From a bacterium (lineage in GTDB: Bacteria > Zhuqueibacterota > Zhuqueibacteria > Residuimicrobiales > Krinioviventaceae): a stretch of 64,000 nt of DNA. Numbering within the stretch: position 1 is the first letter of the stretch; the number at the start of each line of letters is the position of its first letter. The translations under genes were made by a program, and so were the position numbers. Positions 20,757-30,588 of the stretch are shown here, piece after piece. The DNA lies in the NCBI GenBank assembly GCA_963693055.1, contig OY843751.1, positions 4,960,001-5,024,000 of the forward strand. Reading direction: 5' to 3'. The notes beneath the pieces are model-generated. The model was not told the origin of the DNA and did not search any database. It saw only the letters and a program-made list of their open reading frames with translations.

Positions 20757-21839
20757 ATGAACTGGGCATACTATATTACCGGGCATGGGTATGGGCATAT
20801 CGTCCGGTCTGTGGAGATTATTAAATCAATTCTCGTACATGATCCAATGGCAACCGTCCACATTCGCACCACAGCTTTCGAGTGGTTGTTCTCGGATGTT
20901 CTGGGGGAAACGGTCTTTTTACATAAAAGCAAACTGGATGTTGGCGTGTTACAAAAAAATAGTTTTGCTGTGGACAAACCAGCTACTTTGCAGGCCAATC
21001 AGGAATTGTTACTAAACAAAATAAGCCTGATAAATCTGGAATCCGATTTTTTACGACAAAACCAAATCGATATTGCTCTGGCAGATATCCCCCCACTTGC
21101 ATTCGAAATCGCGGAAAAGGCAAACATCCTATGTTATGCGGTTGGCAATTTCTCATGGGACTGGATCTATAGCGACTTTACAGTCGAACACCCCCAGTTT
21201 CACGAAATCATTCGGAATATTAAAAACGCTTACAGCAAGGCAACCTGTTTGTTCCAACTCCCCTTTAGTGGTGACATGTCTGTTTTTCCCAAAAGTATTT
21301 CTACACCGTTGGTAGCCAGAAAAGCCCAAATTTCAAAAGAGCAGGCAAGAAAAATACTCGGGCTGAATAATTACGATACAGTGATTCTGATCGCCCTGCG
21401 CAGCCAGGACCTTGAACAAGTCAATTGGGACAATGTGGGGAGATTAAAAAACTATAAATTCCTGATATCATCCAAACAGATTGACCAACCCAATTTTGTG
21501 CATATTCCGGAAGGTACGCTGACATTTACGGACATTTTGAATGCCTGCAATCTGGTGATATCCAAACCCGGGTACAGTTTACTTTCGGAATGTATTGCGA
21601 ATCAGATCCCCATTCTTTACATCCCCAGACAACATTTTATTGAAGATGTTCCCCTCATCCGGGCGCTCAAACAGGATTTCAAAAGCCAGGAGCTGGATTA
21701 CCCATCGTTCATTAGCGGAGACTGGCAATCTGCTATAGATCGATTACTTCATAGTGATAAAAAGTGGAGACCTGTTCCGTCTGATGGTGCGGATTTTATT
21801 ATTAAAGAGATTCTAAAAGGCAAAAGGCGCCCTGCCTGA
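20757..21839 (+). CDS. GT-B fold glycosyltransferase-like protein
   Basis: YYITGHGYGH..R, DIPP, NFSWDWIY, ISKPGYS..SEC. Confidence 0.7.
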   Translation: MNWAYYITGHGYGHIVRSVEIIKSILVHDPMATVHIRTTAFEWLFSDVLGETVFLHKSKLDVGVLQKNSFAVDKPATLQANQELLLNKISLINLESDFLRQNQIDIALADIPPLAFEIAEKANILCYAVGNFSWDWIYSDFTVEHPQFHEIIRNIKNAYSKATCLFQLPFSGDMSVFPKSISTPLVARKAQISKEQARKILGLNNYDTVILIALRSQDLEQVNWDNVGRLKNYKFLISSKQIDQPNFVHIPEGTLTFTDILNACNLVISKPGYSLLSECIANQIPILYIPRQHFIEDVPLIRALKQDFKSQELDYPSFISGDWQSAIDRLLHSDKKWRPVPSDGADFIIKEILKGKRRPA

Positions 21840-21854
21840 TCTCAGAGCGCCTTT
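21823..21854. terminator. Bidirectional terminator between convergent genes
   Basis: AAAGGCGCCCTG...CAGAGCGCCTTT. Confidence 0.6.
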
Positions 21855-21891
21855 AATACCGGAGTGTGTGTGGAGTTGTCTGTGTTACATT

Positions 21892-22281
21892 TTACATACT
21901 GGCGATCAATCTGTTTTCAAGCATATTGATTGCGCCATTTAAAACCGTACGTACAGTCTGACGGTTTTCTACATCCAGGCAGTCCCGCAATGCGGATACT
22001 GTATATTCATCACCTACACGTGTAAGCGCTACAATCGCTACAATGCGTGCGGCATAATTATCTTCATTCTGTGCCATATCAATCAGACGATCTTGAACTT
22101 CACGGCATCCATCGTCAGCTAGATGCATAACGGCATCAGCTCTTTTTTCCACCATTGTATGATCAAGGTTCTTTAAATATTTACCCTCGCATACATGATC
22201 GCTATTGGGCATATTGCTAAAAGAAAAAGCCATTCCACTCAGGAACAGTATTACAATAGATATACAAACCAGATTTTTCAT
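21892..22281 (-). CDS. Small exported HEAT-repeat protein
   Basis: Signal peptide; R..A...L and ARIVAIVALTRVGD HEAT/PBS-like helices; GGAGG RBS. Confidence 0.65.
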   Translation of the reverse strand: MKNLVCISIVILFLSGMAFSFSNMPNSDHVCEGKYLKNLDHTMVEKRADAVMHLADDGCREVQDRLIDMAQNEDNYAARIVAIVALTRVGDEYTVSALRDCLDVENRQTVRTVLNGAINMLENRLIASM

Positions 22282-22323
22282 GATGACCTCCATTTAATTG
22301 TTCTCGTTTTATGCTTCTCCTTA

Positions 22324-22339
22324 CGCAAGGTACATGCCA
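22324..22339 (-). promoter_or_regulatory. Sigma-54 (-24/-12) promoter
   Basis: Minus strand reads TGGCATGTACCTTGCG (GG-N10-GC), about 40 bp upstream of the HEAT gene start. Confidence 0.8.
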
Positions 22340-22443
22340 TAAAATTGTTAACAATTGTTAAAAATAAAACTTCCCCACAAACTCAAAATTAACAACATAT
22401 TGGGTAGTCAAAATGAATTAGTATTCAAACACGGAAATGTAAT

Positions 22444-22505
22444 TGGTACCTTTTAGAGCACTTTGAACTGGTACACAACCCCCACCTGGTACGTTTCGTA
22501 CCAGG
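22444..22505. promoter_or_regulatory. Putative upstream activator sequences for the sigma-54 activator
   Basis: Perfect inverted repeat CCTGGTACG-TTT-CGTACCAGG (22485-22505) plus two further TGGTAC half-sites, 100-170 bp upstream of the promoter. Confidence 0.55.
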
Positions 22506-24044
22506 CTAGAGCTCGATATTATATTTTTGGATTTTCTCGCGAAGGGTTTTACGGGCAATCCCCAATATTCTTGCTGCCGCACTTTTGTTATTTTCTACCT
22601 GCTTTAAAACGGAAATTATATGGTCACGCTCCAAAGCATCCAACGATAACTGGGATTTCTTTTCAACTTTGGGATGTCCGTTTTTGCCACTGGTGGGCAT
22701 ATAATTAAGTGTTACGATATCATACTGTCCCATTATCACGGCCCGTTCAATAATATTTCGCAATTCACGTACATTCCCGGGAAAATGATAACCATGCATC
22801 CAGTCAACAACTGATGGATCAAAGCCCTTGACTGATTTCTGATATCGCTCATTAAAAATGTGCAAAAAATTATTCGCGAGCAGCAAAATATCATCACCTC
22901 TTTCCCGCAAGGGTGGAATCTCAATCTGGAATACATTTATTCGGTAGAACAAATCTTCTCTAAACTCTCCATTTTGCATTGCAGAAGACAGGTTTTTATT
23001 GGTTGCCGCAATCAATCGAACATCCGAATAGGTATTATCATTACTGCCAATACGTTGAAACTGACCATCCTGCAAGACACGCAGCAGCTTGGCTTGCACA
23101 TGCAGGTTCATATCTCCTATCTCATCCAGAAACAGTGTAGAATCGTTGGCAAATTCAAACTTGCCTTTTTTCGCAGCAATTGCTCCGGTAAATGCCCCCT
23201 TTTCGTGCCCGAACAATTCACTTTCTACCAGATTGTCAGGCATGGCGGCACAATTCATGGTTACCAGAGGCTTTGTTGAACGTCTGCTTTGCACATGTAT
23301 AGACCGTGCAACCAACTCTTTACCGGTACCGCTTTCTCCGGTAATGAGCACCGGTACTTTTTCAGCTGCAATTCTGCTGATCATTTCTTTGACCCGAATA
23401 ATCTCTGAAGAGTGCCCCAAAAGCTCGTCATAATCATCCTTGGCCTTTACCCGGATATATGGATGAAAAACCTGAACGGTTTCATCTTGCAACGGTTTTT
23501 CAGAGTTGACAACATGATCTTTAACATAAACCGCTTGACGTAATGACAGATTGTCAAACTGCACTCCAATATGACTGGTTAAAATTCGCATCAGGTCAAT
23601 AAGTTCTACTGTATACTCTCTTCCTGACCGTGGTTTCCCCAATCCCAGCACACCAATGTATCTGTCTTTAACAAAAAAAGGAATCCGCAATTCACAGTAT
23701 TCCAATTGATCAGGATCATAAAGCATGATAAATGTATCGCTGTGATTCTCAGGTGCCGCTAATACTTCACCACCTTTTGCAATCGCAGCCGCAACATCCA
23801 CACAACGGTTCATTGCCGGGGGAATGTTTCTTTCAAAACAGCATCCAAGATATTTATCCAGAACCAGATCTCCAGAGCTGCTTTCAAATAATGTAATGGA
23901 AACATAATCAGGTTGTACATGTTTTTCAATAAACTCCAGGGTAAACTGGGCCAATCCATCAAAATCACCCAACTTGCCAACACTGTCTGCAAATTCAGCC
24001 AGCTTTGCAATCAATTCCGAGGTATTCAATTCCTGTTGGTGCAT
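22506..24044 (-). CDS. Sigma-54-dependent transcriptional activator (GAF-like + AAA+ + Fis HTH)
   Basis: GESGTGKE, ESELFGHEKGAFTGA, LFLDEIG, FREDLFYR, FPGNVREL, NKSAAARILGI. Confidence 0.93.
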   Translation of the reverse strand: MHQQELNTSELIAKLAEFADSVGKLGDFDGLAQFTLEFIEKHVQPDYVSITLFESSSGDLVLDKYLGCCFERNIPPAMNRCVDVAAAIAKGGEVLAAPENHSDTFIMLYDPDQLEYCELRIPFFVKDRYIGVLGLGKPRSGREYTVELIDLMRILTSHIGVQFDNLSLRQAVYVKDHVVNSEKPLQDETVQVFHPYIRVKAKDDYDELLGHSSEIIRVKEMISRIAAEKVPVLITGESGTGKELVARSIHVQSRRSTKPLVTMNCAAMPDNLVESELFGHEKGAFTGAIAAKKGKFEFANDSTLFLDEIGDMNLHVQAKLLRVLQDGQFQRIGSNDNTYSDVRLIAATNKNLSSAMQNGEFREDLFYRINVFQIEIPPLRERGDDILLLANNFLHIFNERYQKSVKGFDPSVVDWMHGYHFPGNVRELRNIIERAVIMGQYDIVTLNYMPTSGKNGHPKVEKKSQLSLDALERDHIISVLKQVENNKSAAARILGIARKTLREKIQKYNIEL

Positions 24045-24051
24045 ATATTCC

Positions 24052-24879
24052 TTACAATTTAGATCCACAAAACTTGCAATAAACAGCATCCCATTCATGA
24101 CCCTCAGCACTGCAAGACGGACACGACTGGGTAGAAACTTTGGCTCCGGCAATTTGTGTCATTTCAGCGGTAACAATACCGGTAGGGACCGCAATAATCG
24201 CATACCCCAGTATCATAATCACCGCTGCCAGTGCCTGTCCCAGATTGGTTTGCGGAGCAATATCTCCATATCCCACAGTGGTGAGTGTTACTATAGCCCA
24301 GTATATACTTTTGGGTATGCTGGTAAATCCATTCTTTTCGCCTTCTATTATATATATAAGCGAACCCAGAATAATGACAAGCGTCAATACGGTAAACAAA
24401 AACACAATGATCTTGCGTTTACTCGCCCGCAATGCTTTCATCAATTGCCTGGCCTCACGCAGATATTGAACAAATTTTAACACACGGAAAATCCTCAAAA
24501 CCCGCAAAATCCGGATAACCAGAAAAAACTGACTGCCGGGCAATATTAAACTGAGATAGGTGGGAAGGATTGCCAATAAATCAATAATTCCGAAAAAACT
24601 CTTAGCATATGACCAGGGGCGACGGACACTCACTATGCGGACCAGGTATTCAATGGTGAACAAAATCGTAAAAAACCATTCCAGCATCAAAAACTGCTTT
24701 CCAAACATGGACCGAAATGAGGCCACACTGTCCAACATGACCACAAGCACACTGGCAAGAATGCAAACGATTAACGCAATATCAAACAGCTTGCCTGCGG
24801 TTGTATCTGCTTCAAAAATAATCTCGTGCAGCCGGGTCCTTGCTCGCCCCCCTTGCGCTTTTCCAAAATAATCCACCAT
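24052..24879 (-). CDS. Voltage-gated potassium channel (ion transporter)
   Basis: S4 RILRVLRIFRVLK; selectivity filter TTVGYGD; C-terminal CPSC..CKFC. Confidence 0.93.
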   Translation of the reverse strand: MVDYFGKAQGGRARTRLHEIIFEADTTAGKLFDIALIVCILASVLVVMLDSVASFRSMFGKQFLMLEWFFTILFTIEYLVRIVSVRRPWSYAKSFFGIIDLLAILPTYLSLILPGSQFFLVIRILRVLRIFRVLKFVQYLREARQLMKALRASKRKIIVFLFTVLTLVIILGSLIYIIEGEKNGFTSIPKSIYWAIVTLTTVGYGDIAPQTNLGQALAAVIMILGYAIIAVPTGIVTAEMTQIAGAKVSTQSCPSCSAEGHEWDAVYCKFCGSKL

Positions 24880-25235
24880 TACCTCTCGTTCTCTTTTACA
24901 ATGAACTCATCATTGGGATCAAAAGCTGGCTGTGCAACAATGACAGCCGTCACTTTACCCATCACCTTGTGTTTTATACCGGGTGGAATCTGTATCACTA
25001 CACCCGGCTCAAGCTCTGCATGTTCATTATCTAACACCATCGTCCCGCGTCCGTTCAGAATATAATAAATTTCAGTAATTTTTGCATGATAATGTAGTTC
25101 GGCATCCTCAATCTCGGTACGGTGCACACTCACATTCGGGTTCTCATCCCGGTTTATAAAACGCTGGCTGGTCCCGCAGGGACACGGTACCGCTGGCACA
25201 TCGTCTATATGCTTTACGATCAATTCCACACTCAT
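24879..25235 (-). CDS. Cupin domain protein
   Basis: LHYH...EIYYIL.G and IPPGIKH motifs; N-terminal CPCG. Confidence 0.85.
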   Translation of the reverse strand: MSVELIVKHIDDVPAVPCPCGTSQRFINRDENPNVSVHRTEIEDAELHYHAKITEIYYILNGRGTMVLDNEHAELEPGVVIQIPPGIKHKVMGKVTAVIVAQPAFDPNDEFIVKENER

Positions 25236-25502
25236 GTTCCACTCCAAAAAAAATACTTTTTCATACCTTAAATATGGCAACCAAAATGTAAAATTTCAAT
25301 AGATTAATTTTAAAAAAAGACAATCTGGAAGCGTCGATGTTTTTAAGCTCTTATTAGCTTATCAACTACAGGTTTTAATCATTCGTTTTATTCGTGTTCC
25401 ATCTGTTAATTTTATTTATCTACCTGAATTCACGCATCACCAGAAAAAACATTGATTGTCCGCAAATGTTTTCCTAAATTACCCACAAAAACAGATGGGC
25501 CT

Positions 25503-26804
25503 ATGAATTACACAACTATTCTTGAAAAAAAACGTGACGGTTTACGGCTGAACAGCCGTGAAATAGATTTTTGTATAGACGAGATTGCTCGCGGACATGT
25601 TCCCGATTACCAGGTGTCCGCATTACTCATGGCAATTTATATTCAGGGTATGACACCCCAGGAAACTGCCCGCCTGACACGCGCAATGACCCATTCCGGA
25701 GAAATTATTGACCTCTCAGATATTCCCGGCCCTAAAATTGACAAGCATAGCACTGGCGGTGTGGGAGACAAAGTATCTATCGTCCTTGCACCACTCGCTG
25801 CCGCCGCAGGTATCAATGTTCCCATGATCTCGGGTCGAAGTCTGGGACACACCGGTGGTACGCTCGACAAGCTGGAATCTATTCCGGGATTCAGAACTGA
25901 CCTCAGCATTGAGGAATTTAAAACCAATATTAAGGATCTGGGCTTGTGTCTCATCGGCCAAACCAAAGACGTTGCACCGGCAGACAAGATCATGTACTCG
26001 CTTCGAGACGCAACCGCAACAGTCAGCTCGGTTCCGCTTATCACGTCCAGCATTATGAGTAAAAAACTTGCTGAAGGGATAAACGGCTTGGTTCTGGATG
26101 TCAAAATAGGCAATGGCAGCTTTTTACCCGACATGGACAAAGCAGAACAATTGACCCAAAGCCTGATCGATACCGCAATGCTTAACGATCTCAAAGTAAC
26201 AGCCATGCTCACAGACATGGACCAGCCGCTGGGAGACTGTGCGGGTAACTGGGTAGAAATTGTAGAGTCGGTTAATACATTACAAGGCAAAGGCCCTCAG
26301 GACCTTACCGAATTAACCCTTGCTCAGGCAGCACACATGATGCTGATGGCTGAAAAAGCCGAGACATTCGACCAAGCCAAAGAAACATTGACCGGTCTTT
26401 TGAACAATGGCAAAGCCTATGAAAAGTTCCTACAAATTGTGGAAAGACAATACGGTGACATCTCTGTATTTGAAAACCCGGAGGAATTGTATCAACCTGC
26501 TCAAAAGATCAGCATTCTTGCGCAGGAAAGCGGAATTATATCTTCCATGCAAACACGGGATATTGGCTATATACTGGTAGACCTTGGCGGTGGTAGACGC
26601 CACGTGCATGACAAAATCGATCCTGCCGCAGCAATCTGGTTCCATAGAAAAAAAGGAGAAGCTGTGATTGCGGGTGATACATTAATGACAGTTTATACCA
26701 ATCGCCCGGTCAAAGACCTTGAAAAAAAATTACTTGAAACCGTAACAATTAGTGAAGAATTTAACCTGGATAATCATCTGATTTACAAGACCATAAAACC
26801 CTGA
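25503..26804 (+). CDS. deoA: Thymidine/pyrimidine-nucleoside phosphorylase
   Basis: DKHSTGGVGDK, SGRSLGHTGGTLDKLESIPG, SIMSKKLAEG. Confidence 0.93.
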   Translation: MNYTTILEKKRDGLRLNSREIDFCIDEIARGHVPDYQVSALLMAIYIQGMTPQETARLTRAMTHSGEIIDLSDIPGPKIDKHSTGGVGDKVSIVLAPLAAAAGINVPMISGRSLGHTGGTLDKLESIPGFRTDLSIEEFKTNIKDLGLCLIGQTKDVAPADKIMYSLRDATATVSSVPLITSSIMSKKLAEGINGLVLDVKIGNGSFLPDMDKAEQLTQSLIDTAMLNDLKVTAMLTDMDQPLGDCAGNWVEIVESVNTLQGKGPQDLTELTLAQAAHMMLMAEKAETFDQAKETLTGLLNNGKAYEKFLQIVERQYGDISVFENPEELYQPAQKISILAQESGIISSMQTRDIGYILVDLGGGRRHVHDKIDPAAAIWFHRKKGEAVIAGDTLMTVYTNRPVKDLEKKLLETVTISEEFNLDNHLIYKTIKP

Positions 26805-26817
26805 GGCACTATATAAA

Positions 26818-27366
26818 ATGCGAATCGAAAAAATGGAAATCCCCGATGTGCTGCTCATCACCCCTAAAGTCCATGGAGACCACAGGGGCTATTTCATGGA
26901 GATTTATAACCAGCAGATCCTGAAAGAGCAGGGTTTTACAGCAAATTTTGTACAAGACAATATGAGCAGTTCAGTCAAGGGCACCTTACGCGGTTTGCAT
27001 TACCAGCTTGAACCGCATGCCCAGGGAAAACTCGTAAGGGTTATCAGAGGTTCGGTCTTTGATGTAGCTGTAGATATACGGCAAACTTCACCCACCTATG
27101 GGAAATGGGTTGGCGCTGAACTCTCGGAAGACAATAAACAGGCATTATATGTACCCCCGGGTTTTGCGCATGGATTCTATGTATTGTCTGATATTGCCGA
27201 ATTCATGTACAAATGTACCGATTTGTACGCACCACAGGCCGAACGTGGAATTATCTGGAACGATCCGGAAATAAATATACAATGGCCTTTGTTGGATAAA
27301 AAGATGATAATATCTGATAAAGATAAAAACTTGCCGTTGCTCAAAAATACGGATAACAATTTTTAA
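26818..27366 (+). CDS. rfbC: dTDP-4-dehydrorhamnose 3,5-epimerase
   Basis: D.RGYF, FVQDN.S.S..GTLRGLHYQ, FDVAVDIR, GFAHGF. Confidence 0.96.
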   Translation: MRIEKMEIPDVLLITPKVHGDHRGYFMEIYNQQILKEQGFTANFVQDNMSSSVKGTLRGLHYQLEPHAQGKLVRVIRGSVFDVAVDIRQTSPTYGKWVGAELSEDNKQALYVPPGFAHGFYVLSDIAEFMYKCTDLYAPQAERGIIWNDPEINIQWPLLDKKMIISDKDKNLPLLKNTDNNF

Positions 27367-27369
27367 ATA

Positions 27370-27663
27370 ATGAACCCAAATACAAAAAATGCGCTTTCAT
27401 GGATTATCATTCTCGCAGGAATGATTTTCCTTTTTCTCACAACCGCGTCTCCTTTTCTGCATAATCACAACGCAGATTTTGAGCACCATGAAGACTGTCC
27501 GGTTTCCCGGATGGAAGCCACGCTTTTTATTATTATCCTCACCATTATTCTGGCTTTTGTACAAACCCTGCAAAAGACCGGCTCTGCTCTTTTCCACAGG
27601 GACCTTGTCATTATCAGCCAGGTTGCATCTTCTCCGCTCAAATTACGGGCTCCTCCTGCTTAA
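27370..27663 (+). CDS. DUF2946/CruR-like leader peptide with C-terminal RAPP motif
   Basis: TM segment, HNHNADFEHHEDCP, second hydrophobic stretch, LRAPPA*; lies upstream of a lipoprotein and TonB receptor. Confidence 0.7.
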   Translation: MNPNTKNALSWIIILAGMIFLFLTTASPFLHNHNADFEHHEDCPVSRMEATLFIIILTIILAFVQTLQKTGSALFHRDLVIISQVASSPLKLRAPPA

Positions 27664-27748
27664 TCCGTTTACCTAACAAAATACAACTCTTTTTTATACC
27701 ATTTTATCAGGTACTTGGAAACGTATATCTATAAACAGGAGAAATCCC

Positions 27749-28222
27749 ATGAAAATTATAAATACATCCAAATGGATCATATTATTCAGCATCATTACAA
27801 TCCTTTTTTTCACTGCATGTTCAGATGACAGCAATCCCGTTGACACCCATGAATCAGACCATGACCACGCTGAAGCTGCTGGCTTAATTGTATCTTTAGG
27901 TGATCAGGAACTGGTCAGCTATAAAGAAGGCACCGTTACCGGCTCTTTTGCCATTACCACAGGACAAACTACAGACAAATTGACCATTCAATTTATCGCA
28001 GAAGACGGTGATATTTTCACCCCCGAAGGCGATCATTATGCATTTGTCTGGGAAGTTGGCAATACTGCGGTAGCAAACATTCTTCAGGAAGATAGTTATG
28101 GCAAATGGGAATTTGCCATTTCGGCAATTGCGGCAGGACAAACAACTGTCATTTTCAAAATTTTTCATGAAGACCATGCCGATTTTGTCTCTCCAGAGAT
28201 TTCTATAACTGTTGCAGATTAA
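27749..28222 (+). CDS. His-rich lipoprotein (putative metal-binding partner of the TonB receptor)
   Basis: Lipobox FTAC; THESDHDHAEA and HEDHADF. Confidence 0.7.
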   Translation: MKIINTSKWIILFSIITILFFTACSDDSNPVDTHESDHDHAEAAGLIVSLGDQELVSYKEGTVTGSFAITTGQTTDKLTIQFIAEDGDIFTPEGDHYAFVWEVGNTAVANILQEDSYGKWEFAISAIAAGQTTVIFKIFHEDHADFVSPEISITVAD

Positions 28223-28234
28223 GGTGGCTTGATC

Positions 28235-30475
28235 ATGAGAACAAGGTTATTTATTCTGCTCTTACTATCAACCAGCATTCTCATTAAACCGGTTTACACA
28301 GCACCCGGGTCCGGATTACCGGACCCAGAGTGTCCGGTAGAGTCTTCTGTTTTGACAGGTACAGTCAGAGATTCCATGAACGCAGAGCCCATTGGATTTG
28401 TCAACATTCTGCTGCAAGAGCTCAATCGCTCCATCACCACTGATGCCAAAGGCAGATTTGTCTTGTCAGATTTGAGATGTGGTAGCTTTACCGCAAGAAC
28501 TTTTCGTATAGGCTACAAAAACATTACCTTTCCGGTCACTCTGGTGCACAAAGACACAACACAATTGGACATTGTGCTTGAGCAAACGCCATTAATGTTT
28601 CAGGATGTTTTGGTAGAAAGCCAACGCAGCAGCAATGAGGAACTGGCAAGCACACCCATCATGCTGTCAGATAAGAAACTGCATGCCAACCTGGGCAAAA
28701 CCATTGCCGAAACCGTAGATTATGAACCGGGAGTATCTCAGCAAACAATGGGGCCCGCTCCCGCCAGACCCGTTTTACGTGGACTGGGAGGAGCCAGGCT
28801 CCTCATGCTGGAAGATGCCAATACTACCGGCGATCTCTCGGCAACATCCGCTGACCATGCGGTTGCCATTGAGCCATTGACTACAGAACGCATTGAAGTG
28901 GTCCGTGGTCCCAAAGCGCTTACGTACGGCTCTAATACCCTGGGTGGTGTGATCAATGTGGTTCGGGGATTCATACCCACTACCGGCGTCAAAGTCCCAA
29001 CCGGCTCATTTACCTTGAATGGCGAAACCGTCAACAGCGGCAACGCAGTTGGTGGAGATATCTCACTGCCGGTAGGACCTTTAACTGTACGGTTGGATGG
29101 CAGTACCCGCCGGGCCGAAAGCATCCAAACCCCTGCGGGAACTCTTTCAAATACAGGTATTCACACCAAGAACGCATCCGCCGGAGCGGCATTGATCCGT
29201 AAATGGGGACGTGTAGGCTTTGCCGCGGGCGATTATGAAAGCAGTTACGGCATCCCCCCTGATCCCTATGGCGGTCATCCAAAGGGTGTGGATATCAATC
29301 TTGAGCGCAGACACACAGAAACCCTGCTGGAATGGTTTCCGCATCAACAACGTATTAAAAGCGTAAATATAATCCATACATGGTCACGCTATTACCATGA
29401 AGAAATAGAAGCCTCGGGCGATCTGGGAATGAATTTTGGCGCCATAAACCACAACCTGCGCATAGAAACCACACTGGGAAGCTGCGGCAAATTTGAAAAC
29501 AGCAAAATCGGATTGAAATCCAGCTATCGCGATTATGCTACAGGCGGCCTTACCTTTACTCCGGCAGTTCAGGAATATAATCACGAGTTTTATTTTTACC
29601 AGCAGGCAAACCTGGGGCCATTTATTCAAAACGGAGCGGTGCGGTACAATTTCAAATCCATCAAACCAGATACCCTCTATGAATCAAGACAGGTGGGCAC
29701 AGTTAGAGAACGACAGTTTCAGGGCGTTGCCGCGTCTGTATCGTTGCAATATGATTATAATAATTGGCTCCTGGGTAGTACCGTGACCCGCACCTTTATG
29801 CCGCCGGGCGTGGAAGAACTGTTCTCTGAAGGACCGCATCTGGCCGCGTATGCCTATGAAGTGGGCAATGCAGCACTGAATGCAGAAACCGGACTGGGCA
29901 CCGAGCTGTTTATCAAAAAGAACCAGCGAGATCACTCGCTCTATTTTGCGGTATACCAGAACTATATCGACAATTACCTGATCCCGGTCAATACGGGAAC
30001 AAAAAGCTGGCGGCGCGCGGACCTTTACGTATACCGCTATCTGGGAGAGGCGGTTATGATGCGCGGTACAGAGTTATCAGGCAGCTGGTTATTGTCCCGA
30101 TATTTTTCATTATCAGGCACCCTCAGCTATGTCTGGGGCGAGATTAGCTCTCAGCACACACCCATTCCCCGCACGCCTCCGTTGGAAGGCCGACTGGCAC
30201 TGAACTATCGCAAAGGTAGCTTCTCAGCGGGCATAAACCTGCGCGCGGCAGACGCGCAAACTCGTACCGGCGAATTTGAAACCACAACAGATGGCTATAC
30301 CGTGCTTGATCTTTCAGCGCAATACCTCATCGCCGCAGCGGGATTCATGCACAGTATTTCCTTGTCCGTCAACAATGCAACGGACACATCCTATCGCAAG
30401 CACCTCAACCGCGTCAAAGACGTCATGCCCGAACCCGGTAGAAACGTGCGATTGTTGTACAAGGTGTTTTATTGA
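28235..30475 (+). CDS. TonB-dependent receptor, ZnuD-like (metal uptake)
   Basis: N-terminal carboxypeptidase-regulatory-like domain; RPVLRGL, DHAVAIEP, IEVVRGP, GGVINV; PGRN..L.YKVFY C-terminus. Confidence 0.88.
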   Translation: MRTRLFILLLLSTSILIKPVYTAPGSGLPDPECPVESSVLTGTVRDSMNAEPIGFVNILLQELNRSITTDAKGRFVLSDLRCGSFTARTFRIGYKNITFPVTLVHKDTTQLDIVLEQTPLMFQDVLVESQRSSNEELASTPIMLSDKKLHANLGKTIAETVDYEPGVSQQTMGPAPARPVLRGLGGARLLMLEDANTTGDLSATSADHAVAIEPLTTERIEVVRGPKALTYGSNTLGGVINVVRGFIPTTGVKVPTGSFTLNGETVNSGNAVGGDISLPVGPLTVRLDGSTRRAESIQTPAGTLSNTGIHTKNASAGAALIRKWGRVGFAAGDYESSYGIPPDPYGGHPKGVDINLERRHTETLLEWFPHQQRIKSVNIIHTWSRYYHEEIEASGDLGMNFGAINHNLRIETTLGSCGKFENSKIGLKSSYRDYATGGLTFTPAVQEYNHEFYFYQQANLGPFIQNGAVRYNFKSIKPDTLYESRQVGTVRERQFQGVAASVSLQYDYNNWLLGSTVTRTFMPPGVEELFSEGPHLAAYAYEVGNAALNAETGLGTELFIKKNQRDHSLYFAVYQNYIDNYLIPVNTGTKSWRRADLYVYRYLGEAVMMRGTELSGSWLLSRYFSLSGTLSYVWGEISSQHTPIPRTPPLEGRLALNYRKGSFSAGINLRAADAQTRTGEFETTTDGYTVLDLSAQYLIAAAGFMHSISLSVNNATDTSYRKHLNRVKDVMPEPGRNVRLLYKVFY

Positions 30476-30588
30476 TGGGATTATTTTCTCCCCAATTAGG
30501 ATTGGTGGTTGGGGAGGATATAGCATTTTTATTAACATTATTTCAATCATCAAATCATGGTTAACAATTTAATGAAATCAATAATCAA

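Noticed and set aside
24045-24152. N-terminal extension of the sigma-54 activator overlapping the K+ channel
   Set aside because: The Met at 24044 has an AAGGA RBS just after the channel stop; the longer start is an ORF-caller artefact
27664-27748. Cobalamin or other riboswitch upstream of the TonB operon
   Set aside because: The spacer is short and AT-rich with no B12-box or evident structure
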